DNA of 64,000 bases from Smithellaceae bacterium (GTDB taxonomy: Bacteria > Desulfobacterota > Syntrophia > Syntrophales > Smithellaceae), in assembly GCA_963667845.2 (NCBI GenBank), contig CAXXVL010000002.1:512001-576000 (forward strand), written 5' to 3'. The notes under the pieces are model-generated. The model saw only the letters and a program-made list of their open reading frames with translations, had not been told where the DNA came from and did not search any database. The number at the start of each line of letters is the position of its first letter. Positions within the stretch are counted from its first letter, which is position 1. This document shows, piece after piece, positions 10,375 to 20,297 of the stretch. A program made the position numbers and the translations under genes.

Positions 10375-11310
10375 GTGTCGGCACACGAAAATCACCATCA
10401 CAGTGAAGCATCATGGGGCAAACGGTTGCTCGCCTCTATGGTAATGAATCTGCTCATCCCGGTAGTGCAGATATACGGCGGCATCCTATCGGGCAGCATG
10501 GCCTTGATCAGCGACGCGCTGCATAATTTAAGCGACTTCGTTTCTCTTATTGTCAACTACGCGGCTTTAGTTATCGGCAAGCGCGGACCCACCCTGAAGC
10601 ATACGTTCGGCCTTAAACGCGTGGAAATATTTGCGACACTCATCAGCGTTGCGATTTTATACGGGGCGGCCTTCTATATTGCCGCCGAGGCGTGGCAGAG
10701 ATTCCGCAATCCACAGACAATAACCGGGCAACTGGTCATTTGGATCGCCCTCATCGGATTTGTCGGTAACATCCTCTCCGCCCTCCTCCTGCATGCCGGC
10801 TCGAAAGTCAATTTGAACATGAAGAGCGCTTTCCTGCATATGCTCGCCGATGCAGTCACATCCCTGGGCGTAGTGGCCCTGGGCATTCTCTGGCTGTTCA
10901 AGCCTTGGTACTGGCTCGATCCATTGTTTTCCTGGCTGATTGTGATCATGATCCTCTATAGCGGATGGGGACTCGTCAAAGGCAGCGTTCTCATTCTGAT
11001 GAACTCAACGCCGCCGGGAATCGATCCGGAAGAAATTCAAAAGGCGCTGGAAGCAATTGACGGCATCACCGACATCCACGATCTGCACATCTGGAATCCG
11101 GCAAGCGATAGCATCGCGCTCGCCGCGCATATTACCGTTCCCGATCAGATGCTCGGCCGGGTGGACGAACTGGCGACGAAAGTACGGACCATCCTTTCCG
11201 ATCGCTTCCACATCGATCATCCCACCTTGCAGTTTGAAAGCAACAGTTGTAATGGTGGGGAGCTGTTATGCCATCTGCCCGCAAACGGCGGCCAGAATCA
11301 CAAACATTAG
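10375..11310 (+). CDS. Cation diffusion facilitator (CzcD/ZitB-like)
   Basis: SMALISDALHNLSD, LHMLAD, IHDLHIW, HPTLQFE. Confidence 0.9.
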   Translation: MSAHENHHHSEASWGKRLLASMVMNLLIPVVQIYGGILSGSMALISDALHNLSDFVSLIVNYAALVIGKRGPTLKHTFGLKRVEIFATLISVAILYGAAFYIAAEAWQRFRNPQTITGQLVIWIALIGFVGNILSALLLHAGSKVNLNMKSAFLHMLADAVTSLGVVALGILWLFKPWYWLDPLFSWLIVIMILYSGWGLVKGSVLILMNSTPPGIDPEEIQKALEAIDGITDIHDLHIWNPASDSIALAAHITVPDQMLGRVDELATKVRTILSDRFHIDHPTLQFESNSCNGGELLCHLPANGGQNHKH

Positions 11311-11333
11311 ACTAAACCGATAAGGGAGAAAAT

Positions 11334-12098
11334 ATGGACATCATCACCAATAAGAAAGACAGCGTTCTGACCATCGAATTCAATCGCCCGGATAAGAAGA
11401 ACTCAATTACGGCGACCATGTACCAAATGATGGCTGACGCTATCGCGGACGGCGAAAAGGATCCTGGCGTGCGGGTCATCCTGTTTTGCGGCCAGCCGGA
11501 AATGTTCTCGGCCGGCAATGATCTGGAAGATTTTATGAACGCCAAAGAAAGCGTTGGAGAGCGGCCGGTGGCTCAGTTTATGCGCAACCTCAGCCACGCT
11601 GCCAAACCCGTGATGGCCGCCGTGTCCGGAATGGCCATTGGCATCGGTGTGACCATGCTGCTGCATTGTGATCAGATCTATGCCGCCCAGCAGACCAGGT
11701 TTTCGATGCCGTTTGCCAAACTCGGGCTTTGCCCGGAATTTGCATCGAGCAAACTGCTGCCGGAATTAATCGGTTATAATCGTACGGCCGAACTGCTGCT
11801 GTTCGGAGAACCTTTTTCCGCCGAGCAGGCCTTTGACATGGGCATGGTCAATAAAGTTCTCCCGCCCGCGGAACTGATGGCCTACGCCTACGCGCAGGCG
11901 GCAAAACTGGTCGCTCTGCCCCCGTCATCATTGCGCACCACCAAGCGTCTGATGAAGGCGCGCAACACGGAGGCGGTGATCGCCCAGATGATGGAAGAGA
12001 ACGACTACTTCAGCGCCATGCTGCAGGCGCCGGAAGCCAAAGAAGCCTTTGCCGCCTTCTTTGAACGGCGGAAGCCGGACTTTACACAGTTTGTTTAG
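11334..12098 (+). CDS. Enoyl-CoA hydratase/isomerase family
   Basis: FNRPDKKN, FSAGNDL, AIGIGVTMLLHCD, LGLCPEFASS. Confidence 0.9.
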   Translation: MDIITNKKDSVLTIEFNRPDKKNSITATMYQMMADAIADGEKDPGVRVILFCGQPEMFSAGNDLEDFMNAKESVGERPVAQFMRNLSHAAKPVMAAVSGMAIGIGVTMLLHCDQIYAAQQTRFSMPFAKLGLCPEFASSKLLPELIGYNRTAELLLFGEPFSAEQAFDMGMVNKVLPPAELMAYAYAQAAKLVALPPSSLRTTKRLMKARNTEAVIAQMMEENDYFSAMLQAPEAKEAFAAFFERRKPDFTQFV

Positions 12099-12254
12099 GA
12101 CTACCATGATTCATGCCGACTGTTTTCCCGGTACGCTCAATCCAAAGAACGCGTCGGGATGATCGCAAATCATTTTCTTTGCCAAAGCAGAAATGCGCTA
12201 TGATAGGGAGTGCAGGCATTTAGTGAAATACCAAATGTGTTGAAGGATTATTTC

Positions 12255-12297
12255 TTGGTTATTAAGGGGAGGCGTGACGCCTCCCCTTAATAACCAA
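12255..12297. terminator. 20-bp perfect inverted repeat between convergent genes
   Basis: ttggttattaaggggaggcg-tga-cgcctccccttaataaccaa. Confidence 0.7.
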
Positions 12298-12299
12298 TA

Positions 12300-12947
12300 C
12301 TAGAATGTAAAGCCGATAGCGAATTTAACTTCGGAAAATGCAACCTTGGTATCTACGACATTACCGAAATCAACCGTCATGTCTTTTTTGCCCAGGTAAA
12401 TGTAATCATATTCTGCTCGTACAAAAAGGTTCTTGCTGACCGCAAAATCAACGCCGACACTCGGGCTGAAACCCAGATAAGTCTTGGTTTCGCCAAATTC
12501 CTCGTCACTTCCATTATTTTTTGTAAAAACATTTACTCGGCCGTAAGCCGGTCCCAGGGCGATATAGGGAAGGAAGCGATTAAAGGCGTATCCTACGCGA
12601 AGCCGGGTCGATCCCAGCCAATTGACTTTGCTTTCACCAATCCAGTCGGGATTGGGACATACTTCATGCCCGCGGATGGAACCATAGTTGATATCCGTTT
12701 CAACACCCACAACCAGATTAAAGGGAAATTGATAATTATAACCGACAAACAAACCGGCCATTGCGCCGCTGATCCTGTGATCAACAGTGTTGTTACTAGA
12801 CGTGTACGTCCAATCAGTATTTCCGTCGGCGCCGAGCCCCTGGATGCCTGCGTTGAATCCGGTCCACTTGTAAGGATCTGCTGCAAATGACGTCGCTGTC
12901 CAAAAAGTAAAAATTAATAAAAACCCCACCAATAAGGGACGCTTCAT
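12300..12947 (-). CDS. Outer-membrane beta-barrel protein (Omp25/RopB-like)
   Basis: Signal peptide, WTGF.G, GYNYQF..VVGVETD, RLRVGYA, terminal Phe. Confidence 0.8.
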   Translation of the reverse strand: MKRPLLVGFLLIFTFWTATSFAADPYKWTGFNAGIQGLGADGNTDWTYTSSNNTVDHRISGAMAGLFVGYNYQFPFNLVVGVETDINYGSIRGHEVCPNPDWIGESKVNWLGSTRLRVGYAFNRFLPYIALGPAYGRVNVFTKNNGSDEEFGETKTYLGFSPSVGVDFAVSKNLFVRAEYDYIYLGKKDMTVDFGNVVDTKVAFSEVKFAIGFTF

Positions 12948-13287
12948 TTTTTCTCCTCTTTATATTTAGCCGCACGGCATCCATCAATTCGGGTTTCATG
13001 ACTCCACGTACAAATGCACGACCTTTATCAAGACACCCCCTGAAACGCGTTGTCTGAAAAATTACCCATTTTTGAATTTAAAGACGGGTCTTCTTAAACG
13101 ATCTGGTCCGATGAGTCAATGAAAATTAGGGCAAGCCTATTAGTCGGCGCTGCCATTCGTGATGGATAATCTTTGACCTGAAAAGAAATGGAGACTGTGA
13201 ATGAACAAATTATCAATCCGCGCATGAAATCAAACCCGGGCGTCATGTCGTTCATGCTCCGGGGAAGCGAGGCATGGTCGATAATGC

Positions 13288-13743
13288 CTACTGGGATTGT
13301 CCTATCTTTGTGATCGTGCCCTGAGCAACCGCGCAGAGATTCTCTTTGCGATCTTTGACAGCGTATACGTCGCAGTGGCAGACTGCCTGGGTTTTCCCGA
13401 CGTAGACTGCCGTTGCGCGGGCAATAATGTAATCACCCATCGCCGGCCTGACGTAATTGATTTTGAATTCCGACGTCACCACGCCCGGACCCAGCACGCT
13501 GCCGCCCACGTAAGTCAAAGCGTTGTCCGCGGCATAGCTGACGACGCCGCCATGCAGAAATCCATGCTGCTGCTTAAGTTCATGTTTTACGGGCACTTTT
13601 ATTTCAGCCGATCCGACAGCGAATCCGGTCAATTCGGCTCCGATTAAAACGCTGAACGGCTGTGCCGCCAAGACTTGCCGGCCCATCATTAACATCTCAT
13701 CCATCGGATGATCTCCTTTCTTTACCTCTTCCATGACTGACAA
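13288..13743 (-). CDS. PaaI-family thioesterase
   Basis: QQHGFLHGGV..AD and KINYVRP hot-dog motifs. Confidence 0.88.
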   Translation of the reverse strand: MSVMEEVKKGDHPMDEMLMMGRQVLAAQPFSVLIGAELTGFAVGSAEIKVPVKHELKQQHGFLHGGVVSYAADNALTYVGGSVLGPGVVTSEFKINYVRPAMGDYIIARATAVYVGKTQAVCHCDVYAVKDRKENLCAVAQGTITKIGQSQ

Positions 13744-14192
13744 GCCCGTCGCTCACGGAGGTCCTTTTATTCCTCGCGGAGCCGGACGTCTTAAATTTTC
13801 CGGTAAAATCGGGTACGGCAGATGCCGGAACACCTTGGTCGGACGACTGGCCTTATCTTCATGATTCGCCATGAGACTCTCTTCAGTCACAGCCAATATA
13901 CATCTGGCTTGATAATGAATATATACTCTTTTGTCCGGCCATGCGGTACCTTCGTCTTCCGAATATCGAGGATCACGATCCTGTTTCTTACTATGGAATG
14001 CTTTTCCAGTCAAAGCCGAGTGATCGGGCAACCGGTATCGAGAATACATTCGTTAGCAAATTAATAAGTATGATAAAATATCTTAAAAATGTTTGCAAAA
14101 TGCCGGCAAGCGGGTTAATTATTGACGTAAGCTTTTGCGTCATTAATCAATGTTCATCAACAGGCACAATAAATCAAATCAAGGAGGTTTTT

Positions 14193-14807
14193 ATGAAGAG
14201 ATTATCTCTTATTTTCGCTCTGGCCTTTCTCGTTACCATTGCCGCTGCGGCCCTTGCGTTTGGTGTGGATCATATGATCATTCATTTTAAGAACGGAAAT
14301 ACGCAGAATATTGATTTAAATAAAGTGCAACGAATTGAGTTTCAGGAGGATGCTTCCGGCGTCAATTTCCTGCCCCCCGGCATTCAATCGGGTCGGTCTT
14401 ATCAACTGATTGCCAAACACAGCGGCAAATGTCTGGATGTCTCCAGTGCAAGCATGGCCACCGGAGCAAATGTGTTTCAATGGGATTGCCACGGCGGCCC
14501 CAACCAGCAATGGATTTTGACCGATAAAAGCGGCGGCTATTACGTATTAACAGCCAGACACAGCGGCAAGTGCCTGGATGTCGCAGGCGTCAGCAACGAT
14601 AACGGCGCTAATATTTATCAATGGGACTGCCACAGCGGACCCAACCAGCAGTGGATGTTCATTCCGCAGGGACAGGGCTACTATCGGGTTAAGGCTAAGC
14701 ACAGCGGCAAATGTCTGGACGTAGCGGGAGCAGGTAAAGGAAACGGCGAGAATGTTCATCAATGGGATTGCCATGGCGGTGACAATCAGTTGTGGCAGTT
14801 GAAATAG
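14193..14807 (+). CDS. Secreted ricin-B (beta-trefoil) lectin-domain protein
   Basis: Start at MKRLSLIF after SD aggagg; three repeats of HSGKCLDV...QWDCH.G.NQ.W. Confidence 0.88.
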   Translation: MKRLSLIFALAFLVTIAAAALAFGVDHMIIHFKNGNTQNIDLNKVQRIEFQEDASGVNFLPPGIQSGRSYQLIAKHSGKCLDVSSASMATGANVFQWDCHGGPNQQWILTDKSGGYYVLTARHSGKCLDVAGVSNDNGANIYQWDCHSGPNQQWMFIPQGQGYYRVKAKHSGKCLDVAGAGKGNGENVHQWDCHGGDNQLWQLK

Positions 14808-14904
14808 AGTCGTTTAATCCCGCCGCTGCGGGACGAAAGTTAATTCTCCGCAGCTTGCTGCGCTATAATAAGGTTCATTTCATACCTCGACAGCTCGCTG
14901 CGAA

Positions 14905-15516
14905 GTGGTTGATTCGATGAAAAATGTCATCGTCATTCTGTTCAAGGATTTTGAGACCCTGGATGTGTTCGGTCCGGTCGAAATACTGGGAAGACTTAAA
15001 GATCACCTGAGCCTTCACTTTGTGTCTCAATCCGGAGGAGTGGTCGCCAGCACGCAACAGGTTCCCGTTGTGACGGAATCTATGCCGGCGTTTTCCGCGT
15101 CGGGCCAAATCGTTCTGATTCCGGGGGGCCTGGGTGTGGTGAACCTGATCCGCGATGAACATTTTCTAAATGATTTGAAATTCCTGGCAAAGCGTGCCGA
15201 ATATATTCTGACCGTCTGTACGGGTTCCCTCCTGCTTGCCAAAACGGGTTTGCTTTCCGGCAAAAAGGCGACGTCCAACAAACGCCTCTTCTCCTGGGTG
15301 GTTCAGGAATCTCCCGATGTCAGCTGGATAAAAAAAGCCCGCTGGGTCAGAGACGGGCAGATCTACACCAGTTCCGGAGTCAGCGCCGGCATGGACATGA
15401 CATTGGGATTCGTCGCAGACTTGCTGGGCTATGACATCGCAAGACAACAGAGCATTGAAATCGAATACGACTGGAAAGAAGACGCCGGATGGGATCCCTA
15501 CTCGGAAATATACTGA
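14905..15516 (+). CDS. DJ-1/PfpI family protein
   Basis: FETLDVFGP, VCTGS, TSSGVSAGMD. Confidence 0.88.
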   Translation: MVDSMKNVIVILFKDFETLDVFGPVEILGRLKDHLSLHFVSQSGGVVASTQQVPVVTESMPAFSASGQIVLIPGGLGVVNLIRDEHFLNDLKFLAKRAEYILTVCTGSLLLAKTGLLSGKKATSNKRLFSWVVQESPDVSWIKKARWVRDGQIYTSSGVSAGMDMTLGFVADLLGYDIARQQSIEIEYDWKEDAGWDPYSEIY

Positions 15517-15603
15517 TTTTCGTTCATCGTGAGCCGGCATATTTTCATTTTGCATACCGCCAATTATGTGCTATAGGGCTCCCTCGTCATTGGGGAACTA
15601 TGC

Positions 15604-15680
15604 GCGCCCATGGCTCAGCTGGATAGAGCGCCAGACTACGAATCTGGATGTCGGAAGTTCGAATCTTCCTGGGCGCACCA
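15604..15680 (+). tRNA. tRNA-Arg (ACG); also attL of the tyrosine-integrase system
   Basis: Acceptor gcgccca/tgggcgc plus ACCA, D arm gctcagctggatagagc, anticodon arm ccaga-ctACGaa-tctgg, T arm gttcgaatc. Confidence 0.96.
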
Positions 15681-15728
15681 AATAAATCAAGGGGTTAGCT
15701 TTGGGTAGCTAGCTCCTTTTTTATTTTC

Positions 15729-15750
15729 TGCTAACCTATAGCTAACATGA
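15729..15750 (+). repeat. Putative integrase arm-type site, copy 1
   Basis: tgctaacctatagctaacatga; exact reverse complement at 39123-39144. Confidence 0.8.
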
Positions 15751-16029
15751 AAACACTTCCAAAAATCAACGCCCAAGAATTAATAGTCGTATATCAAATA
15801 AATTCACATACTTTAAACAATTATTATCAAATTCTCTTTTCACTCAATATCATCTTTACTCACCATCCGCAAACTCGCCCTTGGTAAATCAATTAAACTG
15901 AAAAAAATTTTTATTTTACCCCTAGGATAGCCTATTTTGACCCGTGCGCATAGCCTATCACCTATCTATCTTTAATGTTTTCAATGCTTTATATTATGGT
16001 CAACGAAACATGAAGAAGGTGAATGCATA

Positions 16030-16221
16030 ATGGAACGGCGATATCTATCAGCGAAAGAAGCAGCAGAAATATTGAGAACAACGCCAGGTCAACTTGCAAA
16101 TCTTAGGATGCGTGGCGAGGGCCCCCCCTACATTAAACTTTCGAGAAAATGTCTTTACGATCTTCGTGATGTTGAAAGCTGGCTGGATCGCCGGCGGATA
16201 AGGACGCTTGATTCATCATGA
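16030..16221 (+). CDS. Excisionase-like HTH protein (AlpA/MerR-type)
   Basis: YLSAKEAAEIL...GEGPPYIKL..KCLY...VESWL; first gene after attL. Confidence 0.85.
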   Translation: MERRYLSAKEAAEILRTTPGQLANLRMRGEGPPYIKLSRKCLYDLRDVESWLDRRRIRTLDSS

Positions 16222-16310
16222 CAGTTTTAACAATTTGAGTTTCAAACGGGAATATTCAGCGGCTTTCTTGTCGCCAAAACCCGAAACAATAAAAATAAGG
16301 AGATTGTATT

Positions 16311-16697
16311 ATGCTGAACACAGAAAACAAAAAGAAACATGCAAGAAACGTTATTATCAATGACTTCATCGAATCACGTAATGATCTTGACGGATGCGGT
16401 TATTTTAAAGGCGATAAGGAAGCCATTGAATATGCACAGACAGTAGGGAAAAACCAGATATTGAAGTTTAAAAAACATGGCATTGTACCAAAAGCATTAA
16501 TAACGATGATTGCACAATATTGGAGCTTACGAGGTAAAGATAATCCAATATATCATGATGTAACATACGGAGAATTCCTTACGCTCCTGATGCATGGTCC
16601 ACACAGGACTAAAGCGGGGAGGCAAATTTGTGAAAAATTTTACAAGGACCTTCTAACAAAGGAGATGCCCTGGCTTGGACGATCATTTGTGAATTAG
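16311..16697 (+). CDS. Hypothetical protein
   Basis: 128 aa ORF with SD taaggag. Confidence 0.6.
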   Translation: MLNTENKKKHARNVIINDFIESRNDLDGCGYFKGDKEAIEYAQTVGKNQILKFKKHGIVPKALITMIAQYWSLRGKDNPIYHDVTYGEFLTLLMHGPHRTKAGRQICEKFYKDLLTKEMPWLGRSFVN

Positions 16698-16894
16698 GAT
16701 AAGATCGAGATGGGCAGAAGAAAAGGAAGCTATCTGAATGTGATAAAAAATTGGGGAACGGAGGTGACTTTATGATTGCATAAAAAGTAATAGCGATAAC
16801 GGCGGAAACAAGTTGGGCCATTCCTGGAAACGGGTTTGGCCTTTTTTATTTCCGGTAACCTTAAACAATTAAAGACATTATAAGGAGAATTAAA

Positions 16895-17971
16895 ATGTCA
16901 GATCAGATTTCAAAAACCGTAGTCAAAGAGAATGAAGCCGCTCAATCACCAGCTGAAGCAATGCAACCGCAATCCAATGTCACCGCTGAGCCTCAACATC
17001 CTGAGCATCTTCACATGGCCCTTCTCGGCAATTCCGCCCCGCTTCGTGATGTTTACCTGAAAATTTCGGACGACACTGGCCAATTTTTCGGAAAAAAAGA
17101 ACTTGAAGATGAGATGATCGAGTTCACTAATCAGGCCAAAGCTTTGACAAGGAAAGGTTCTCAAGAAGCAATAAACCTTCTCTTGCCGCAACTGATTGCA
17201 ATATCCAAATCATACAATAGACAGATCAATCTTGCCACCAGCATTTCCAATGGTGTTCTGGTGAAGCACCAGATCAGGCTTGGGGATATTTTCTTGTATC
17301 AAAAGCGCCTTCTCAAAAAAATCAATCCTGATAAGAATTGGGTTGAATGGTTCAATGAAACTTATACCACCAGCAATCTGCGTTCTGCACAGGACTATAT
17401 GCGGCTGGCAAGTACGCCTAACATCATCCGTTATGCGGTCTTTGGGAAGGAAAGGTTGATTGAAATTCTGCGGGCGATCCCGTCATTTGCTTCAAGCGAT
17501 GATCCAATTGGCGCATTTCTAAGCAAACATGGTTTTACTTATAACCCTGAAGGTGAAACTTCCATGGACAATTGGCGGTCGAATATTGATACGGCAATAG
17601 CCATGGAAAAAATCAGACAGGCGGAAAAGAAAGAAGACCTTGATCTGGAACTGAGTTTTGACCACGTCAAAAAGCTGATCGACAACAATGTGCCGGTTGA
17701 ATCGAAGGTGATCAATAACATGGTGATTATAAAGGAAGCCGGTGGCAGCATTGCCGAATACATCGATAAAAGTATCCTGGGAAAAGGCAGCCAAAACATT
17801 CAGATTGAAAGGGTTGAAAAGCAGGAAAGCGTCCAGAGAATTTCAAAGAAGCTAAAGGAGATCGTGGAATATTATACGAAAGATACTGTCGCTCTTTCCG
17901 AAATCAATGTGTTGGCCATCAATGACCTCCGGCAATCCATTGAGGCGTTGACAGCCCTTTTAAACAGGTAA
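16895..17971 (+). CDS. Hypothetical protein with DUF3102-like segment
   Basis: LGDIFL...WVEWF...RSAQDYMRLA resembles DUF3102 of mobile elements; SD taaggag. Confidence 0.55.
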   Translation: MSDQISKTVVKENEAAQSPAEAMQPQSNVTAEPQHPEHLHMALLGNSAPLRDVYLKISDDTGQFFGKKELEDEMIEFTNQAKALTRKGSQEAINLLLPQLIAISKSYNRQINLATSISNGVLVKHQIRLGDIFLYQKRLLKKINPDKNWVEWFNETYTTSNLRSAQDYMRLASTPNIIRYAVFGKERLIEILRAIPSFASSDDPIGAFLSKHGFTYNPEGETSMDNWRSNIDTAIAMEKIRQAEKKEDLDLELSFDHVKKLIDNNVPVESKVINNMVIIKEAGGSIAEYIDKSILGKGSQNIQIERVEKQESVQRISKKLKEIVEYYTKDTVALSEINVLAINDLRQSIEALTALLNR

Positions 17972-18067
17972 CGAGTGCCCTTTTTAATCAAGGGTATAAA
18001 ATTAACATGGGTGCCTCTGGTCGAGGGTCAACTTTACCAGAAGCACCCATTAACTAAGGAGATTATT

Positions 18068-18958
18068 ATGAAAATATACAACAGCAGCTTATCTGTCGAG
18101 GTCATAATGAAATATAAAAAGCTCTTCCCGGATAGCAGAATCAACGTTCTGAGAAGCTTTGCTGTTCTGGATGCCGATGTTGCCTTGTTGTGCAAGAGGT
18201 TCCGTCCGCATATCGGAGGCCTGATTTTAGATTCAGGAACATGGACGTTGAATCAGGCGCCGGCAGCAATAGCTGCGAACATTACGGTTGAGAAATATAT
18301 AGCGTATCTGCGCACGGCGGCGAAGTATTTTAACTTCTATTTCAATTTTGACTCAAACTTTGAATCGGATGGTTTTGAGGAAAACTACGCCAATCAGCTC
18401 AAGATCGAGGCAAGCGGGTTTTCTCCGGTGCCGGTGGTTCACGACATTGAAGGCAAGGAAATTCAAACATACATCAACAGAAATTATCAGCGTGTTGCCC
18501 TTGGGTCGAAACAAATAAAGACTCTGGCAACCCTCAAAAAAGTTATGCGGAGGTTCGAAGGCACTGGTATCAAGGTACACCTCTTCGGTCAGACAAATGT
18601 TAACCTGCTGGCTGACACACCCATCCATTCCTGTGACACTGCCATGTGGGCTAGAGAAGGCGGCTGGGGAAAAATCCGTTACTGGAATCCTCAAAAAGAA
18701 GGCGAAAATAAAACAGACCGCATTTACATGGAGGAATACATCCATACGGACCCCAATGATGGAATAACTTTTTCAAAGTATCGGTACCGCAGAGAATTTG
18801 AGGAATATTTGTGGAATACATTCAAGCTCAAGCATGATGATTTGATTGGCAAGGATGGACATAACAATAAGCAGCTTGTCAATTTACACTACTTTGTGCA
18901 GCTTGAAAAATTCATCACTGACATTCACAAAAAGAAGGGCTTTGAAACGGATGAATAA
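18068..18958 (+). CDS. TGT-fold (queuine transglycosylase / DpdA-like) protein
   Basis: ILDSGTW, YFNFD, PVPVVH, VALG, KVHLFG, PIHSCDTAMW motif order; start after SD taaggag. Confidence 0.6.
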   Translation: MKIYNSSLSVEVIMKYKKLFPDSRINVLRSFAVLDADVALLCKRFRPHIGGLILDSGTWTLNQAPAAIAANITVEKYIAYLRTAAKYFNFYFNFDSNFESDGFEENYANQLKIEASGFSPVPVVHDIEGKEIQTYINRNYQRVALGSKQIKTLATLKKVMRRFEGTGIKVHLFGQTNVNLLADTPIHSCDTAMWAREGGWGKIRYWNPQKEGENKTDRIYMEEYIHTDPNDGITFSKYRYRREFEEYLWNTFKLKHDDLIGKDGHNNKQLVNLHYFVQLEKFITDIHKKKGFETDE

Positions 18959-19227
18959 TCAAATGGTAAATCTGACTGAGGCGCGGAATAGAACTGGAAT
19001 AGCAAAAGCGCAGCGGTCTGCGTTTTTTGAGAAAGGAGGAAAATGATTATGATCTAATACAATATTAATCAATCCAATATCGTGCGGCTAATTATGGGTA
19101 AGCGGGGTTGTCTCCAGGTGGGGCAACCCTTTTTTATTGCCCGTGACTCTAACAAATAGCACCTGCATCTGGCGGGCGCTTTATCATTGGTGAACTTTAA
19201 AGAAGTTCAAAGAAAGTGAGTTTTAAA

Positions 19228-20202
19228 ATGGAAAATTTTACAGCGAAAGATAAAAAAATATTTGATGACATGAAGCAATGTGTCAAAGATTTTGGATTAA
19301 ACATTGCAAATGAAAAAAGTGATGATGGAGTCCTTAGCTGGTTCTCCATGGTTGATTACCCTGGTTACAATCTTGGCATCATTTTCTCTTATACCCCATC
19401 GCACAGTCTTGTTGAAGTTTATATGCGATATGCTGCTTTACCTATCGAGACGATCCCTGCCATGTTTGAATTGCTCAACCACATTAACAGTAATTTGAGT
19501 TTGAATCACTATTTCATCGATCCAGAAACGAAAACGCTTGTGCTTCGGTCAGGTATTTACGTGACAAACTATTTTCTTAATAAGGAAATGTTTAAAATGG
19601 TCATACGGCAGAATCTCGGCATAAGCGACAGCTTCATGCCTTTGATCAAGAAATTAATATTTACTGATCAAAATCCCCAATCCATAATGGATGAATTCTA
19701 TGCAATGAAGGACAAAATACCCACAGAATCTCTTGAAGTAGACAGGAAATCGAAAGAACAACAGGCTGCACAAAAGAGGCCTTTCATTATTCATGGCTGT
19801 GCAGATTTGCCGGTATTTCCTACACACTCGCATGGGATGACAGAATTAGGCATGCCTGAGTTTCTCATAAACCACCAGGCATTCGGTCCAAAGCAAAATG
19901 GAGGCCTTATCGGGGCGTCCTATGATTATTTTTGTAATCCGGAAAATACCCTTAAACTTGATGCCATCAAGAATGGCGAAACGGTGAAATTGACTGTTAC
20001 GGATCTCAAGCCGGATGCCCGTTCAGATACATATGCTTATTGCTTCAGACGCGTTTATCCGGAATTTGAAATGGTTAAAAAGGCATATGATCTTGATGAT
20101 CCGAATCAGGTTAGTCCCGACACATGGTTTGTCCAGATTTACGTTGGAGGAGACGATTTTGCTCTGACTGACGATTATTACAAGGATGGGAGCAAGCGGT
20201 AG
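19228..20202 (+). CDS. YbjN-like domain protein with extra C-terminal domain
   Basis: FELLNHINSNL..YFIDPE YbjN/chaperone-like pattern; C-terminal THSHGM..LGMPEF. Confidence 0.5.
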   Translation: MENFTAKDKKIFDDMKQCVKDFGLNIANEKSDDGVLSWFSMVDYPGYNLGIIFSYTPSHSLVEVYMRYAALPIETIPAMFELLNHINSNLSLNHYFIDPETKTLVLRSGIYVTNYFLNKEMFKMVIRQNLGISDSFMPLIKKLIFTDQNPQSIMDEFYAMKDKIPTESLEVDRKSKEQQAAQKRPFIIHGCADLPVFPTHSHGMTELGMPEFLINHQAFGPKQNGGLIGASYDYFCNPENTLKLDAIKNGETVKLTVTDLKPDARSDTYAYCFRRVYPEFEMVKKAYDLDDPNQVSPDTWFVQIYVGGDDFALTDDYYKDGSKR

Positions 20203-20297
20203 TTTAGTTATTAATAATTTTAATCATAAAAGGGGAAAGCAACGTCAACGCGTCTGTTTTCCCCTTTTTATTTATCGTTCATATAAAGGAGTAAAAA

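Noticed and set aside
13941..14192. N-terminal extension of the lectin ORF in the ORF track
   Set aside because: A strong SD and signal peptide begin at 14193; the upstream part looks like promoter DNA.
14410..14790. CRISPR-like ~141-bp periodic repeats
   Set aside because: These are the three coding subdomain repeats of the ricin-B lectin.
16700..19060. Ultra-short SD-led ORFs (MIA*, MIMI*) before terminators as regulatory peptides
   Set aside because: Too short to distinguish from chance without conservation or ribosome-profiling data.
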